Assembly: GCF_902713615.1 (NCBI RefSeq)
Contig: NC_052168.1
Coordinates: 5,890,001 to 5,954,000 of the forward strand
Direction: 5' to 3'
Origin: Scyliorhinus canicula
Lineage: Eukaryota
Length of the DNA: 64,000 bases
A program made the translations under genes and the position numbers. Each line of letters starts with the position of its first letter. Position 1 is the first letter of the stretch. Of this stretch, positions 60,273 through 64,000 are shown piece by piece. Under the pieces are notes generated by a model. The model saw only the letters and a list, made by a program, of their open reading frames with translations. It made no database searches and was not told the DNA's origin.

Positions 60273-60428
60273 TCTGATTGGCTCCGGATATTGCACTCCA
60301 CCCCCTCCCCTTTATTAATTGGTGGCCGGATTCATGGCCGATTCCTGATTGGCTATCTGGGATTGGCAATCATCATTGGTGATGTCATTCCCTATTTGCA
60401 TGCAGGATGTCCCAGTTGTATAAATACA
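60273..60428 (+). promoter_or_regulatory. Copy 9 promoter, TATAAA 60419
   Basis: Same block as copy 6. Confidence 0.75.
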
Positions 60429-60478
60429 AGAACTCATGGTAGGAAGGGTCAGTTTGAGAACTTTTTAAGTAACATTGA

Positions 60479-62713
<2,235 letters not shown>

Positions 62714-63695
62714 CTGGGATTTGGGAAGCCCTGTGGCTAATTTGGTTTTTTCTCTTGCTAAATATGGAAATAAAAATATTTATCAATTTAGCTGTTGTTC
62801 TTCATTGGTCAGATACGATTGGGCAGTAATGACTTTTCCACTTCTATATTTCTTGGCTTGTTTACTTCAATTTGCAAGCTTTGTGGGGCTGATTTACTCC
62901 ATGGCAAGATTTCTCAAAAGGAGTCAGTTAGTGTACTCTGTGCAGAGGGAGTAAAAGTGGTTTGTTGTGTCCAACCACAAGCTTCTACATCTGTAGTAAG
63001 ACACTTTATTCAATAATTTTAAATGTCTACCTGGGCTCTGGTTGCTATAAGCCAACAATTGTTGCCCTTCCTGTAACCTGGTGAAACACGAAAAACCTGT
63101 CTCAGGCCAGTTGCTTTGTGTCATCTCAATCAATTATCAACATCAGGCCCATAAATTTGTCACAATTGATTTGCACAAACAATCACGCAGGCTTAAGCTG
63201 AACCTTACTCTTCAATGCTATCATTGTAAAACTACTTTCACACTTCACGAGTAAGAGTTGAATTGGCATTCCCATGCCTACTGCCACTTGCCATGCTGCA
63301 GATGAGCCAATTCCCTGAGGTTGGTCTGCAGGTCAGTCTTGTGCTAGTCTAGCCAACACCGTTCAGTTTGGAACACCAACCCCAGCCTCATCTTCCACAC
63401 CTGCCAAATTGTCTGAGTTCCCCTCAAGATTGGCTGTCAAACTGCTTTATATTTGATGCCAACTTGAATTGATCTTCTCAAAAGCCCTTTCACTTTCATC
63501 TGCCAGAGTTTGACCCAGTCACCACATATCCCAATGTGAGGCAGTGAGATCATCCACTCTGGAATGGCAAGATGAATCCGTGTTCTTTTTTAAATAGTGA
63601 GGAGCTCTGGGCTGAGGCAGAAGAGAGATTAATGGGCCCATGCACAGGAAACCAAAAGCTCCTGCGCAGGTACAACAAATAGTTGAAAAAGCAAT

Positions 63696-64000
63696 GGTCT
63701 ATGGGCAGATGCCCTAAGCAGGGTTAATACCTCCTCATCGTGTGCCAGGCTCAGCCTGATACAGTTTAAGGCAGTCCACCGGGTGTACATGACAGTGACT
63801 AGGATGAGCAGGTTTTTCGGGGTAGAGGACAGGTGCGCGGGAAGCCCAGCAAATCATGTCCATGTGTTTTGGCCATACCTGAAGCTTAGTGGGTTTTGGC
63901 AGGGTTTTGCTAAGACAATGTCCACGGTGCTAAAAACACGGGTGGTGCCGAGTCCGGGGGTAGCGATCTTTGGAGTATCAGAAGAGCCGGGAGTTCAGAG
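63696..64000 (+). mobile_element. L1-clade LINE fragment, cut by the window end
   Basis: Reads RVNTSSSCARLSLIQFKAVHRV..HVFWPYLKLSGFWQGF. Confidence 0.8.

Overview
Vertebrate genomic DNA, almost certainly from a cartilaginous fish: it carries HE1/V-SINEs, CR1, L1 and Rex/Babar LINE fragments and long poly-G runs, so a catshark-type genome is likely but is an inference. The window is a head-to-tail tandem array of nine apparently intact four-exon ferritin heavy/middle-chain-like genes (173 aa, all + strand, three phase-0 introns at the canonical vertebrate ferritin positions), plus three orphan copies of exon 4. Copies 1-3 form an ~8.3-8.9 kb repeat family, copies 6-9 a ~6.2-6.5 kb family, copy 4 is distinct and copy 5 looks recombinant. 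Both window ends lie in spacer sequence, so the array probably continues. Exons are almost identical across all copies, synonymous sites included, while introns fall into divergent classes. All copies share a compact multi-CCAAT/TATA promoter with a predicted ~30-45 nt 5'UTR and no recognisable iron-responsive element. Spacers contain many SINEs, two solo LTRs, a hAT MITE, an alternating SINE pentamer and G-rich L1 3' tails. Residue numbers use mature human FTH1 numbering (shark position + 3). Repeat boundaries are approximate and were read by eye.
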